Shown one piece after another: positions 1 through 22,656 of a stretch of DNA of 64,000 bases; position 1 is the stretch's first letter; each line of letters opens with the position of its first letter. Both the position numbers and the translations under genes were made by a program. The notes under the pieces are model-generated. The model was not told the DNA's origin and did no database searches. It saw nothing but the letters and a program-made list of their open reading frames with translations. Source of the stretch: the human T2T-CHM13v2.0 reference genome, Homo sapiens; assembly GCF_009914755.1 (NCBI RefSeq), contig NC_060931.1; one strand, given 5' to 3'.

Positions 1-1
1 A

Positions 2-319
<318 letters not shown>

Positions 320-558
320 TGAAAAAAGAAATAATTAAGAATGCTGTTTTTAAGGTGCAGTATATAGCAAGCTATCATTCTTGTAAAAAATTAAGAAGGA
401 AATATATACATATATGTACTTCATTATATATGTATGGAACACCTATGAAATTAATAACACTGGGCCAGGGGCAGTGGGTTACACCTATAATCCCAGCACT
501 TTGGGAGGCCGAGGTGGGTGATCACTTGAGGTCAGGAGTTCATGACCAGTCCGGCCTA

Positions 559-783
<225 letters not shown>

Positions 784-899
784 TTAATAACACTGGTTCC
801 CTACGAAGAGGGGAGGTGGGACAAGGATAGGAGGGAAATTTGTCATTGTATACCTTTTCATACTTCCAGGGTTTTAAATCATGTCAATGCATCACTTAG

Positions 900-4082
<3,183 letters not shown>

Positions 4083-5197
4083 TCAGCTCACTGCAACCTC
4101 CGCCTCCTGGGTTCAAGTCATTCCCCTGACTCAGCCTCCTGAGTAGCTGGGATTACAGGCACCCGCCACCATGCCTGGCTAATTTACAACATATCTTAAT
4201 GCATACTTTGTTTTGGTTTTGAGCTATGTAACTATTTCTCTTTTCCAAAAAATTTAAATGACAAATTTAAAAGAGATCCAAGGAACAAGAATGAATTATT
4301 CAAATGAAATAATGCCATATACAAATTCTTCTGTAATGGTTTTGGATGACTACATTAACTAGAAGTCTATCACCTCAGAGACAGGGAGGTTGCTGTCACT
4401 ACTTGTTTGCTCTACTGGAAGCTAAAGGAGTAGTTTCAAACAACACATGCCACTAGAATGAGCAAAACAGGCCAAACACAAGCCATCTCTACAACTGCAG
4501 GCCATGCCTGATAAACAAAAGAAAACTTTGAACAACAAAAGAGGCCAGTAATTAGCCTCTATGGCACCCAGCATCGAGAAGGGAGCTGAATGCATCCAAC
4601 CAGTGCCGTCCAGCTGATCAGCCTCTGAAATTTGTAAAGCACTGTGACACATATCTTATCTCTTTAATCTAACCATCTACTTGACAAAGTTGCTGGAATA
4701 GGGAAAAATGAAGTCCAAGGCAGTCAAACACTATCCAAAGTCATACAGCTAGTGCACCACAGACAGGGGCTAGAGCCCAGCTCTCTTGGCATTAAGCCCA
4801 TTCTCTGCCCACTGTACCTCCTTGACATCACTTCTGGCCACTCCTCATCTTGGGCCCCATAATGAGGTTTATAACTGGATAGCTAAGCACAGTATAGGGG
4901 GATGGTGGGAGTCGAGGGTGAGTCTCTCCTGTCTTCCTGCAGAACCATCTAAAACAGCCCCCAAGAAAGAAATGGTTACAAGAGCCTATGAAGAAACTTA
5001 AGCCCATCTCTATAAAAAATAAAACATTAGCCAAGCATGGTGGCACACGCCTATCGTCCTAGCTACTAAGGAGGCTGAGATGAGAGAATTGCTTGAGCCC
5101 AGGAGTTCAAGGCTGCAGAAAGCCACGATCATGCAGCTGCACTGCACTCCAGACTGGATAACAGAACGAGACCCTGTCTCAAAAAAAAAGAAAGAAA

Positions 5198-5273
5198 GGA
5201 AGGAAGGAAGGAAGGAAGGAAGGAAGGAAGGAAGGAAGGAAGGGAGGAAGGAAGGAAGGAAGGAAGGGAGGAA
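5198..5273. repeat. (GGAA)n microsatellite: 11+5+1 units with two GGGA interruptions
   Basis: Direct reading. Confidence 0.97.
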
Positions 5274-5426
5274 AGAACTAAGTATCAGAAAACAGAAACC
5301 TGTATTAGAGATGAAAATGCCAACTATAAATCAGCATGGACAGAGTATTTAAATCATGGTCCAGCCAATGGCAGACTTTATTTAATACAATGTTCTGGCA
5401 GTTGAAGACTTTAATCATTTCCTTAC

Positions 5427-5616
5427 CTGGAATCAAAGAGGGTGCCATCCAGAAGCGTGCCATTGTAATGATACCTGAGAAAGTCCCCACTTTGACTTAA
5501 CCGCTCACAGTTTTCAGGTACTGCCTTGTTCTCAATGGAAATGCTGTCCTTGGGGTTATGGAGGTCCAATAATGCAACATCAAACACCAGAGATGCCTGA
5601 CCGGGAATGTCTTTCC
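5427..5616 (-). pseudogene. FKBP9P1: FKBP9-like exon 5 equivalent (190 bp)
   Basis: tag|GGAAAGACATTCCC...GATTCCAG|gtaagg; encodes [31 protein letters not shown]...[17 protein letters not shown]. Confidence 0.95.
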
Positions 5617-6672
5617 CTAGAATGGAATGGGAGAAGATGATTAAACGGGACACAGGATTTAGGAAGTACTTTACAACTCAACAGGCTTGGGGTTGGTGTT
5701 ATTCATTTCTTGAGGTTTTGAAGCCAAGGAAACAAATGTTCTTCCAGGTCTTGAATGGGCCCCCATGGTGTCCAACCATGGGCTGATGGTATAATCTAAA
5801 ACCTGACTCAGCAAAAGGAGAAAATTGGTATTAATGACATAAGAGACTACCATGACCATATTTTCTGGACTCATGCTGGAAGATCAAGGCTCTATGTAGG
5901 AGGGCAGGCACCCACAGGCAAACCCAAATACGTACCTCTGTGGGTTTCTGTTTGTGAATAAATGCAAACCACAGACATTTAAAGGAGAAAATTCCAAATC
6001 TCTGGTCTGGTTCTGGAGAACTGTACACAGACTTGTTCTTTGAAACGAACGGCCAATTTTTTAGAGGCAAAAAGTAAAACTCAATGCTTTAAGTATATCC
6101 AAAGCAAGATATAAATAAGATGAAAGCAGAATAACAGAGAAAAAAATGGCACCCACAATCCAAAATATAAATAAATAGTCCTCAAATCACTTCTATCTCA
6201 CTTCTGGGTAGTACTGCTTCTCTTGGATGTTCCTGCCAGTGGGAGTATTTTGAATATCTGCAAAATGAAATCCACATGAAGAGATTACAGGACACTAGTT
6301 CTTCCTGCAAAGATCAACATCAACCAATAAATAACTCAAAATCCAGTAATTTGGGATAGTAGAAAGTTAACCAACAAACCAATCCCTCAGTTTTACTTGC
6401 CGTTTGTTATACCATGCAAAGGAGCAGGCCCAGACAAGCAAACCAGATGCCGCCAAGCCTGAGCTCCTTCCAGTGGCCTTTGGCAAAGCCCACCCTGCAT
6501 CTCCTTCCCCTCCAAGGAATGATGAAATCTGCTGAAAGCCGGCTGCTGAGTCAGCCCCTGGAAAGCGAGGTGTGGTCAATCCCTAAATCGCATGCGTGGG
6601 AGATAGAATATTAATCTTTTGTGCCTTACTGTATCTTTTCATTTAAGAGAAAAATGAAAGTCTTAAAAGTAA

Positions 6673-7029
<357 letters not shown>

Positions 7030-7667
7030 TGAATAATGTTTTCTATAGCAACTTTGCAGAGATATAATTCACATACCATACAGTTACACTTGGATAGCCA
7101 AGCATAGTATTCAAGTATAAAGTATTAAAAAATAACTACTCTAAATAAGCTATTATTTATTTAAAGTAAATAAATAATATTTCTCATATTAGGCTCACAT
7201 CTGGTTTTGTTATGTGGCTGATGACAAAAGGATCTGGGAGCCAATGTGAATGAACTTTTTGGGGCCAAGGACAAGACCATTTGAACATCAATAAGAAAAC
7301 AGTAACTGCCAGGCACAGTGGCTCCCACCCGTAATCCCAGCGCTTTGGGAGGCTGAGGTGGGAGGATCGCTTGAGTCCAGGATTTCAAGGTAAGCCTGGG
7401 TAACGTAGCGAGACACTGTCTCTAAAAAAACTTTTTTAACTAGCCAAGCATGGTGGCACATGCCTGTAGTCCTAACTATTCGGGAGGCTGAGGCAGGAGG
7501 ATCACCCAGGAGTTTGAGGTTACAGTGAGCTATGATGGTGTCACTCCAGTCTGGGTGACAGAGTGAGACCCTGTCTCTAAAAATAATAACAACAATATCT
7601 TATATCTCATTGGGGGGGAGAATTAAGACATATTTATGGCACTGCTTTAAACTTTATTTTTCTTTTA

Positions 7668-8426
<759 letters not shown>

Positions 8427-8484
8427 CTATCACTATCAGTAAACTTCTTAAGAAGCATCATGTTCTCATTTATATCCTTAACTA

Positions 8485-8820
8485 CAAAGTCATGTGCTGC
8501 ACAATGAAGTTTTGGTCAACAACAGACCACATATATGAGAGTGGTCCCATGAGATTATCATATCATGTCTTTACTGTAACTTTTCTATGTTTAGATACAC
8601 AAATTCTTACCATTGTGTTACAGTAGCTCACAGGATTCAGTACAGATGCTGTGCAGGTTTGTAGCCTAGAGGAAACAGGTTACACCACACAGCCTAAGTG
8701 TGCAGCAGGCTGTAGCACCTAGGATTGTGTAAGTGCACTCTATGGCATTTGCACAACAATGCAATTGCCTAATGATGCCTTTCGCAGAACATATCCCCAT
8801 TATGAATCAACACATCACTG
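8485..8820 (+). mobile_element. Tigger3a/MER7-like TcMar element
   Basis: TA-flanked; ends resemble cagtcatgcgc...catgactg; ggtcaacaacagaccacatata core. Confidence 0.75.
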
Positions 8821-9296
8821 TATCCATCTGCTGTTTAAATGCCTACAGGTCTCTATGTTGTGCCAGCATGTCAATATGACTAAACGCACCTGAAATTCAA
8901 ACATGAGTACCTGAGACATTCCATTTATCAGTCCATATTATGTGTTTTCCTTCACAGTAAAACTACAAACAGGACACTAGTTGTAATTAATGTGTTTTCT
9001 AACATTACACTTTGCTTTTGTCCATATGGAGTTAATGCCATAGGTAAAACTCATTGTAGAGGTGCAAACGGGGAAATCTGGCAATTCTGACACTGTATGG
9101 CTAAATTTCTACCTGCATATCTGCAACTTTTATAGTGTCTAATTCAAGTCTCATTTCACAAATGTTAAAGCCAGAGAGGTTGGTGGCCAAGGCCATGGCA
9201 GGTACAACAGGGGCAGAGGGGGTTACTTATGAATGCCAATGACTATAAGTAAGTGGAAATTTCTGCAACTCAATCATCACACAGCAGACAATCCAG

Positions 9297-9517
9297 ACTA
9301 GCACTGTCAAATAGAACTTTCTGAGTGATGGAAATGATCTGGGTCTGTATCTGCACTGTCCACTATGGTGGTCCTCAGCAACGTGAGGCTATTGGGTACC
9401 TAAAATGTAGCAGTGTGACCAAGGAACTGAATTTTAAATTTTAGCTAATTTTAACTTGTTTCCATTTCAATATAAATAGCCACATGTAGCTAGTGGTTAC
9501 CATATTGGCCAGCGTAG
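9297..9517. mobile_element. MER3-like hAT element
   Basis: gcactgtcaaatagaactttctg...tagccacatgtagctagtggttaccatattgg. Confidence 0.75.
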
Positions 9518-9623
9518 GTCTAGACCAAAAGGTCTAGTGAGTTTCATGTGGTGACAATTGAATTAACCACTGCAATAAAAATAAGGGTAGGAGAGAGTGG
9601 CTCCAAGAAGGAGAAGGACTTAC

Positions 9624-9769
9624 CATCTCCATCCTCTCCATAGGCCAGAAAAGGAGGAATGGTGATGATGCGCTTCTCACCCACACACATCCCCAGCAGC
9701 CCTTTATCCATTCCAGGAATCAGCCAGCCAATTCCCACATACGTGTCCTATGTTTTCATGCGATTGTGA
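9624..9769 (-). pseudogene. FKBP9P1: FKBP9-like exon 4 equivalent (146 bp) carrying a premature stop
   Basis: ttcag|TCACAATCGCATGAAAACATAGGAC...GGAGATG|gtaag; reads [48 protein letters not shown], where the parent has Y at the stop. Confidence 0.95.
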
Positions 9770-10271
9770 CTGAAAGGTAATGAGAAAAGGAAAAAGTTCC
9801 ACACCATGAGGATATTTCCAACTCATCTCTCTGTACGGTTTTTCTTACCCAAATATCAGCTAAACGATGATCCCATACCCATCCTAGAGATAGACATTTA
9901 TGGATCTTTGCCCCCAAACACAGGGCAGATGTCCTCAAGTTTAGAAAGAAATAAAAAGCATGCATTTATACTAGTGATAGACAAAAACAGGTCAGCTATT
10001 CCACTAATCAAACACACTCTAATGAGAAGAAATTGCGAAGGGTTCCCTGATCTCCCGTGTAGCCCCATGCCTCTCCATAGCTTCACATACATTCATCTTT
10101 TCCCTCTTGCTTCCATGGGAAAACTACAAAAATGAACCAAAACGTGCATAAGCCTCCTTAGAAATAGAGACTTACACGGCCAGGTGCAGTGGCTCACGCC
10201 TGTAATCCCAGCACTTTGGGAGGCCAAGGCAGGCAGATCATGAGGTCAGGAGATCGAGAACACCCTGGCTA

Positions 10272-10521
<250 letters not shown>

Positions 10522-10756
10522 TTAAGTTAGATAAACACTGCTCTTCAATGTTTCTAAGATGTATTAAAATTTCGACTCTGGCACCAGAGAAGATGCAACA
10601 CTGACCAAAAGTCTTAAGCAGATGAGTTCAGTACTGATTACAGTTGAGAAGAGTCCTTATTCTAGTATCCCCATCAGCATAAAAAGCAAGTAAGACAGAA
10701 GGAAAGAACTATGCATGGAACATTTCACTGATACTGCCATGAATGACAGGACTTAC

Positions 10757-10946
10757 CTCGAATCAAACAGAGTTCCGTCCAGGAACGTCCCGTTGTAGTG
10801 GTACCTCACAAAATCAGACACCTGGATGGTCTGAGGGCAACTCAGGGGCTTGAAATAGGTGTGAATCTGAACCCGGTCTTCAGAATTCCAAATATCCATC
10901 AGAAGTACATCAAAATGAAGCACTGAATTGGGGGGGATCACACCAG
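10757..10946 (-). pseudogene. FKBP9P1: FKBP9-like exon 3 equivalent (190 bp)
   Basis: tag|CTGGTGTGATC...GATTCGAG|gtaagt; encodes [28 protein letters not shown]...[17 protein letters not shown]. Confidence 0.95.
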
Positions 10947-11365
10947 CTAGAAATTAAAGATTTCACACTGAGTTCACAGTTGCTGCCTTTCAGGCCAGAT
11001 AAATAAACACCTAGGATGCTCCCAAGGTGAATGTGGGCCAAAAGGGTTCAAGCAGTCACTGCTATACAATCCCAAAATGACCCATTCTTCCTCCCTCTTT
11101 CCTCCAAATGAAATTGAAAGAAAAGAGAAAAAACAGTTTTCTTCTCATTGAGGGTATCATTCAATACATCTGTGTTAATGACACTTTCTTTCACATCTAG
11201 AAGAAATAAACCTAAGATGGAAATTTTAGCTGTGTATGAGTTCACTGCTTTTCATTTTCCCCCAATCTAAAGCTTCCAAGATTCTCCAGTCTGTTTGACT
11301 TAACATCCTAAAAGTGTTCTCATTGTTTCTGCTGATGTGTTTATAAACGAGGAAGAAAAGCTTAC

Positions 11366-11511
11366 AAACTCCTTCACTTCCGTAGGCAAGCTTTGGGGGA
11401 ATCTTCACGAAATGTCTCTCGTTTACGCACATCCCAACAAGAGCCTGGTCCATCCCTGTGATCAGCTGTCCTTTTCCCACAAACACGTTGAAAGTGGAGT
11501 CTCTGTCATAG
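11366..11511 (-). pseudogene. FKBP9P1: FKBP9-like exon 2 equivalent (146 bp)
   Basis: ttcag|CTATGACAGAGAC...GAAGGAGTTT|gtaag; encodes SYDRDSTFNVFVGKGQLITGMDQALVGMCVNERHFVKIPPKLAYGSEGV. Confidence 0.95.
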
Positions 11512-11798
11512 CTGAAGGCCCAAAGGGTAGGGAAAGAGAAAGAAAAGTATAAATAGTCCCTTCCTCAGTAAAAACCAACCTGTAAAAATGTGCCCACAGA
11601 TGTAATGGGGCCACAGCAAAGCAAAAACCCTGCCTAGGAGTTACTGATACAGGAACATCTCCACTGGACAGTACTTGTAGGGTTGGAAATTTTAGACTAC
11701 CTTGAATATTGCCAGCAAATCTAGTTCAATAAGAATCAGCATAACTCTCTCCAGAAAAACAAAAATGTGTTAAACTGATTTTGCAAAATAGTTACCTA

Positions 11799-12191
<393 letters not shown>

Positions 12192-12194
12192 TCA

Positions 12195-12437
<243 letters not shown>

Positions 12438-12494
12438 TCATTTTCTATATGATTGGTACCTAAAAGCAACATCATAGGTACTAATGGCCAAAGT

Positions 12495-12496
<2 letters not shown>

Positions 12497-12532
<36 letters not shown>
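12497..12532. repeat. (AC)18 microsatellite
   Basis: Direct reading. Confidence 0.97.
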
Positions 12533-12535
<3 letters not shown>

Positions 12536-13049
12536 ATTTTTTTTAAAAGTCATCCAGCTAAGTTAAACACAGAGGCAGCATGGTAACAGCATAAAACATA
12601 CTTAAACTCTCTTAACCTCAGTTTCCTCCACTGCAAAATGCAAGAAATAATAACAGCCTCCCCAGGATCTGTGTAACAACGTGAAAAATGCTCTGAAACC
12701 CTAAGTGTTATGCCAATATTGCTATAATTATCACAGGTAATAGAAAGTATGATGTAGTCTTAGGATCACTAATATACGTGTTTTAAAGGCTGATAGGCAA
12801 CAGCCTTAGATCAAAAGATAAATAAGGAAATCATGGCTGTGACTCACACCTTTATCTTCTTCAGTGTCAAATTTAGCAATCAACAGGGGTTTGCCTATTA
12901 GGGGACTGTGCCAGGTGCTTTGGGGGATATAAAGTACAAGGCATGGACTTTGCCTACAAGTACCTTATATACTGATAGAGACCCACAGGGTTTCAGAAGA
13001 CATAAAATAAAATGCTCTATGGCATTTTATAATAACAGATTTTTACTCA

Positions 13050-13379
<330 letters not shown>

Positions 13380-14388
13380 TCAAAAAGGGTGGGGGGGAAC
13401 AGGTTAACACGTATAAAATCACTCCATTTTCAACTTACATATATAGATGCATATGAAAAAATCCACAAGGCAATACATGAAATATTATCTATCATCTACA
13501 GGTAGAGGACTTCAGGTGACTGAATTTGTTTTCTCTTTAATTATCCTACTTTTCAAAATGATCATGTAATTAATTATGTAATAAAATGTTAAGAGCTGCT
13601 GGGATTTACTTCTTGAGAATGTGTCACCCTTCATTTTTCACTTTCACTTTTTCCTCTTTTTCCCTAATGAACAGTTTGGGTGAGCAACAGAGTCCACCTC
13701 ACCACTCCCCTCAGGGCAGCTTCCTGAGACCTGGCCCTCTTCTCTTTCTCCTCCTAGTTTTACAGCCTATTTTAATAAGTTTCCTTTCTTCAAGGTCAGT
13801 GAACAGAAAGCAAGATTTCAAGTACAGGCCAACAAGCCAGAGGACAAAAGCACATGGCCAGTTGTGTGCCCAAGTCAGCTTTACACCTCCACCCTCTACC
13901 TCCGGGGCCCCAATCCCCACCCCCTGGAATGCCTGCTCTTGAATTACACTTGGCTGGGGACTCGCCCTGCCACTAAGCCATCATCAAACTGGCAGATTTA
14001 TTATAATAATGGGCCAGAAAGCAAGACTTCAAAGACTCCCAAGCACAGAACACACGCAAGCAGCAACAATGCACCGGCAAGAAACTACTTTAAAAATATT
14101 TTTTTCATTCACAGAACCCGAATATACTTCCTAAATTTAACAAAACTTTTTAATACTAACTGCCATTTACAGAGTATCTATTATTTGTTGGGCACAGTAG
14201 CAAACTAAGCTCTTCAATATATACTACACCATTTAATCCTCATACAATACTTTAAGGTGGGTGCTATGATACTCAGGCTCTTTGGAGGTTACAAAATTTC
14301 CCAAGCTCATGAAATTAAACATGAGGAGGGAAAAAAGCAAGAATCTAGGACCATCTCAATCTCACACTCCAGGGTCAGGGCCTCCCTA

Positions 14389-14694
<306 letters not shown>

Positions 14695-15106
14695 CTAAGC
14701 ACTGTGAACAATTAAGCACCAAAGTGCTAAAAACCAAAAAACCTTTCTGAAAGAAAATGTATACATTTATACATTAATAATGTATACATTTATAGAAGAG
14801 GCTAACAATGCAAGACCAGTCTTATCTACTGCTTAAAATTCTGACCATCTGGAAAAATAAAGTTGTTCTGAACAAATTTATTCTGATCAGCACAACTGGC
14901 ACAAACTCATGGGCAGCATCAAGCCCAGAACTGGTCATGAAAATTACTTCTGCACACTCTGGAGTAAGCATTTATACAACCTGTCCTGGGATCTGGCTTA
15001 TTTACACCTTTTACAGGCATCTCATTCAGGGGCCTGCAGGAAACAGATGACACACCCAAACGAAGCTGTTCCAGGAAAGTTTAATAATGGGGTTGTGCAC
15101 AGCTGA

Positions 15107-18880
<3,774 letters not shown>

Positions 18881-19141
18881 AAGTAATAACAGAGTGGGTG
18901 TGTGCAAAGGTGTGTACAGAACACAGCAAAACACAAGGGATAGTACCTCTGTGGCTGGGTGGGGAATGCTGCTATCACACCTGAGCTTGAATGACAGAGA
19001 CAGAGAGGGCAGCTAGGGGCTACCTGACAGAACTGGGCCCTTTAGTTTAGGGCCACAATCCATGGTGACCCTACAGACAGGAAGCCAGAGGAATACATAC
19101 CTTCACCTCACTCTCTTCCCTCGCTTTGAACATCTGATGCC

Positions 19142-19513
19142 TGATAGGGTTTGGATCTGTGTCCATGCCAAATCTCATGTTGAAATGTAATCCCCAGTGT
19201 TGGAGGTGGGGCCTGGTGGGAGGGCTTAGCGCCATCCCCTCGGTGATGAATGAGTTCAGAGATCTGCTTGTTTAAAAGTGTGTGGCACCTCCCACCCTCT
19301 CTCTCTTGCTCCTGCTCTTGCCATGTGAGATGTCTGCTCCCCTTTTCCCTTCCACCATGACTATAAATCTCCTGAGGTCCTCACCAGAAGCTGACGACAG
19401 CATGCAATGCTTCCTGTACAGCCTGCAGAACTGTGAGCCAATTAAACCTCTTTTCTTATAAATTACCCAGCCTTGGGTATTTCTCTCCAGTGATGCAGGA
19501 ATGGCTTATCACA
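19142..19513 (+). mobile_element. MST-family MaLR solo LTR, nested in an older MLT-like remnant
   Basis: TG...CA ends; aaatctcatgttgaaatgtaatcccc; 5-bp TSD atgcc/atgtc. Confidence 0.82.
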
Positions 19514-19761
19514 ATGTCCCAATGGCTGAACCCAACCAAAGCCAGAAGACAAAGGGTCATTAATGTAACCCATACTATGCACATGTAGTCCATACATGTC
19601 AGCCTCCCAGAGCAAAAAGCAAATGGAACAGGTGAAGGGTGGACCTAGAAAGGCAAATGGAAACCACCTAGCACATCCAACACCCTCCTTTCCTCTCCAC
19701 CAGCTTGTTTTTGTCCCCTTCCATCACTGCCCCAGGGGAGTGATGGGAAAGTTGTCTGTAG

Positions 19762-20127
<366 letters not shown>

Positions 20128-20216
20128 TGAACTCCTGACCTCAGGTGATCCACCTGCCTTGGCCTCCCAAAGTGCTGGGATTAGAAGCATGAGCCACCTC
20201 GCCCAGCCCCCCAGGG

Positions 20217-20507
<291 letters not shown>

Positions 20508-22497
20508 TGAGTAGCTGGGATTACAGGTGCATGTCACCACGCCCAGCTAATTTTTGTAATTTTAGTAGAGATGGGGTTTCACCATGTTGGTCAGGCTGAC
20601 TTGAACTCCTGACCTCATGATCCACCTGCCTCGGCCTCCCAAAGTGCCGGGATCACAGGCATGAGCCACCGTGCCTGGCCCCCATGGCTATATTCTTAAG
20701 GCAGAATGGGGCTTCTAAATGTAGGTTTAAATCTGCAATAAGAACGAGCTTTTAAAAGGACAAATGACAGGCTGGGCATGGTGGCTCAAGCGGTAATCCC
20801 AGCAGTTTGGGAGGCCCAGGTGGGTGGATCACTTGAGCTCAGGAGTTCAAGACCAGCCTGGGCAACATGGCAAAACCTTGTCTCCACCAAAAATACAAAA
20901 ATTAGCCAGGTGTGGTAGCACACACCTGTGATCCTAGCTACTCGGGTGGCTGAGGCATGAGAATTGCTTGAACCCAGGAGGCAGAGGTTGCAGTGAGCAC
21001 CACTGCACTCCAGCCTGGGAAACAGAGTGAGACCCTGTCTCAAAAAGAAAGAAATAAAAAAAAAAGACTGCCATATTTTGAGAACCCATAACAGAAGGGA
21101 GGCAAAGTAAGGAAGAACAAGTCCACTGGGCACGGGAACTACCCTTTGGGGCCCTCAAAGTTGGTCCTGTCTCGCTTGGGCCAACTCAGATGGCTGACTC
21201 ACAGGGGACCTGCTTGACGTTTGGACTGTGGTCCTGCCACCACCCTTCACGAATGGGACTGAAACTCACCTCCCCACTGGCCGCCTAGCTCCCAGCTGAG
21301 ACTCACCCCCTCTGCTGGCTGAGTTTCACCACTGAGACTGATCTTACTGCAGACTTGAAAGCAGGGAGGCAGAGTTTGGCTTTTCTGCCTCCCACCTCCC
21401 TCTGCACACATTCACTCCCAAAGGGGACTCTGGGCTTTCTGGACCCTTTGCCTAAGACTATTTCCCTCAAACAGCCATCTCTACCAGTAGCTAATGAGAC
21501 ATGCCAGGGAGAAAAGAAAAGCAGTTAATGAACCGGCAAACTACCCAGATGGGAAAGTGTGAGAACGCTGCAGAGGAGGAAGGTTAGAGGAGGTGAGGGA
21601 GGAGAGAGGGAGCAAAAGGGAACAGAGAAGAAATGAGAGAGAACGCCTCCATTCATAGCTCCTCAGAGAATCAGACCCTGAAACATGAGCTGTTGGCTTG
21701 GATGGGCTTTGACCCATTAAAATATCATTAAATGAAAAACTTTGCAAAGCAAAGCAAAATCCATTGCTGTTATGGATTTTTGTTTTTAAGCAACTGCACA
21801 AGTTAAAATGTCAGATCCCTATAGATGATTCCCATTTTTCACAGGGCTTAGCCCAGTAAAATACCATACAGCCAAATTAAATTGTTAATATAAATGTGTA
21901 ATTGCTGGCAATGACCCACAAATGAAAATTCAAGGCCCCGCTAAGAAGTCTTCACCAGGGGTGCTTGGCCAGCTGCCAATGGCCTCAGGAGACCGCAGTG
22001 AGAAGCAGCTAGGATCTTCCCCTAGTTAGCAGAAACGCACAGGGCTAATGCACGGTAGCAGCCTCCGTTTCAGCACTCCCCTTCTCCATAAAAAGAGCTG
22101 CGATGTGGAGTCACACTCTAAACAACTCCTAAGTTAGCATGTCCTGACCTGGCCAGTCGCTCTGACACCACTGCCCCTGTCAGGCCCCCCTGACTCCATC
22201 CTGGCTGCTGCCCAGCCCACTGGCTCTTCCCTGAGGACCAGTCCTGCTGAAAGGGTGAGCCTGGGCCCCCACTTAGGACCATGTGACTTAACACCCAATA
22301 GGGTGGACACCTGCCCCAAGCAGGACCCATCAGATTATTTCCTGGAAACCTAGAAGTGAGAAAGTCCAGTTTGTCGGCGTTGGTGCTGGATCCCAGAGGT
22401 CATGTGTGCAGCATGGGGAGCTTATTGGAGCACTCTTTTTCTAGTGGGAGAGAATGAAGCCCCGTTTGCAACCCCTTGGGGAGAGGCAGAAAGTCAC

Positions 22498-22656
22498 CTC
22501 AGACCATGATTCTGGACCCTCACAAGGAATTGGAGATCCTTCCAACAAATTCCCACTCTTTTCTGCTTAAGTCTGCAGGACGGGCTTGTGTTCACCCCAA
22601 CCCTGACTTGAGGGCAGGGACTTTTGTCAGCTTTATCCTCTGCTGTATCCCAGTAC
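22498..22656 (-). pseudogene. FKBP9P1: Copy of the FKBP9 intron-1 cassette exon (159 bp, 53 codons), partly an exonised antisense L2 end
   Basis: ccag|GTACTGGGAT...GGTCTGAG|gtgac; phase 2-2, stop-free (YWDTAEDKADKSPCPQVRVGVNTSPSCRLKQKRVGICWKDLQFLVRVQNHGL) and in frame with exon 2. Matches my recollection of a 53-aa-longer FKBP9 isoform. Confidence 0.72.

Noticed and set aside
14757-14793. Twice-repeated palindrome aatgtatacatt
   Set aside because: Short AT-rich slippage product with no further structure.
22080-22125. CATAAAAA followed by an initiator-like sequence
   Set aside because: A single short motif with no CpG island or downstream exon; expected by chance.
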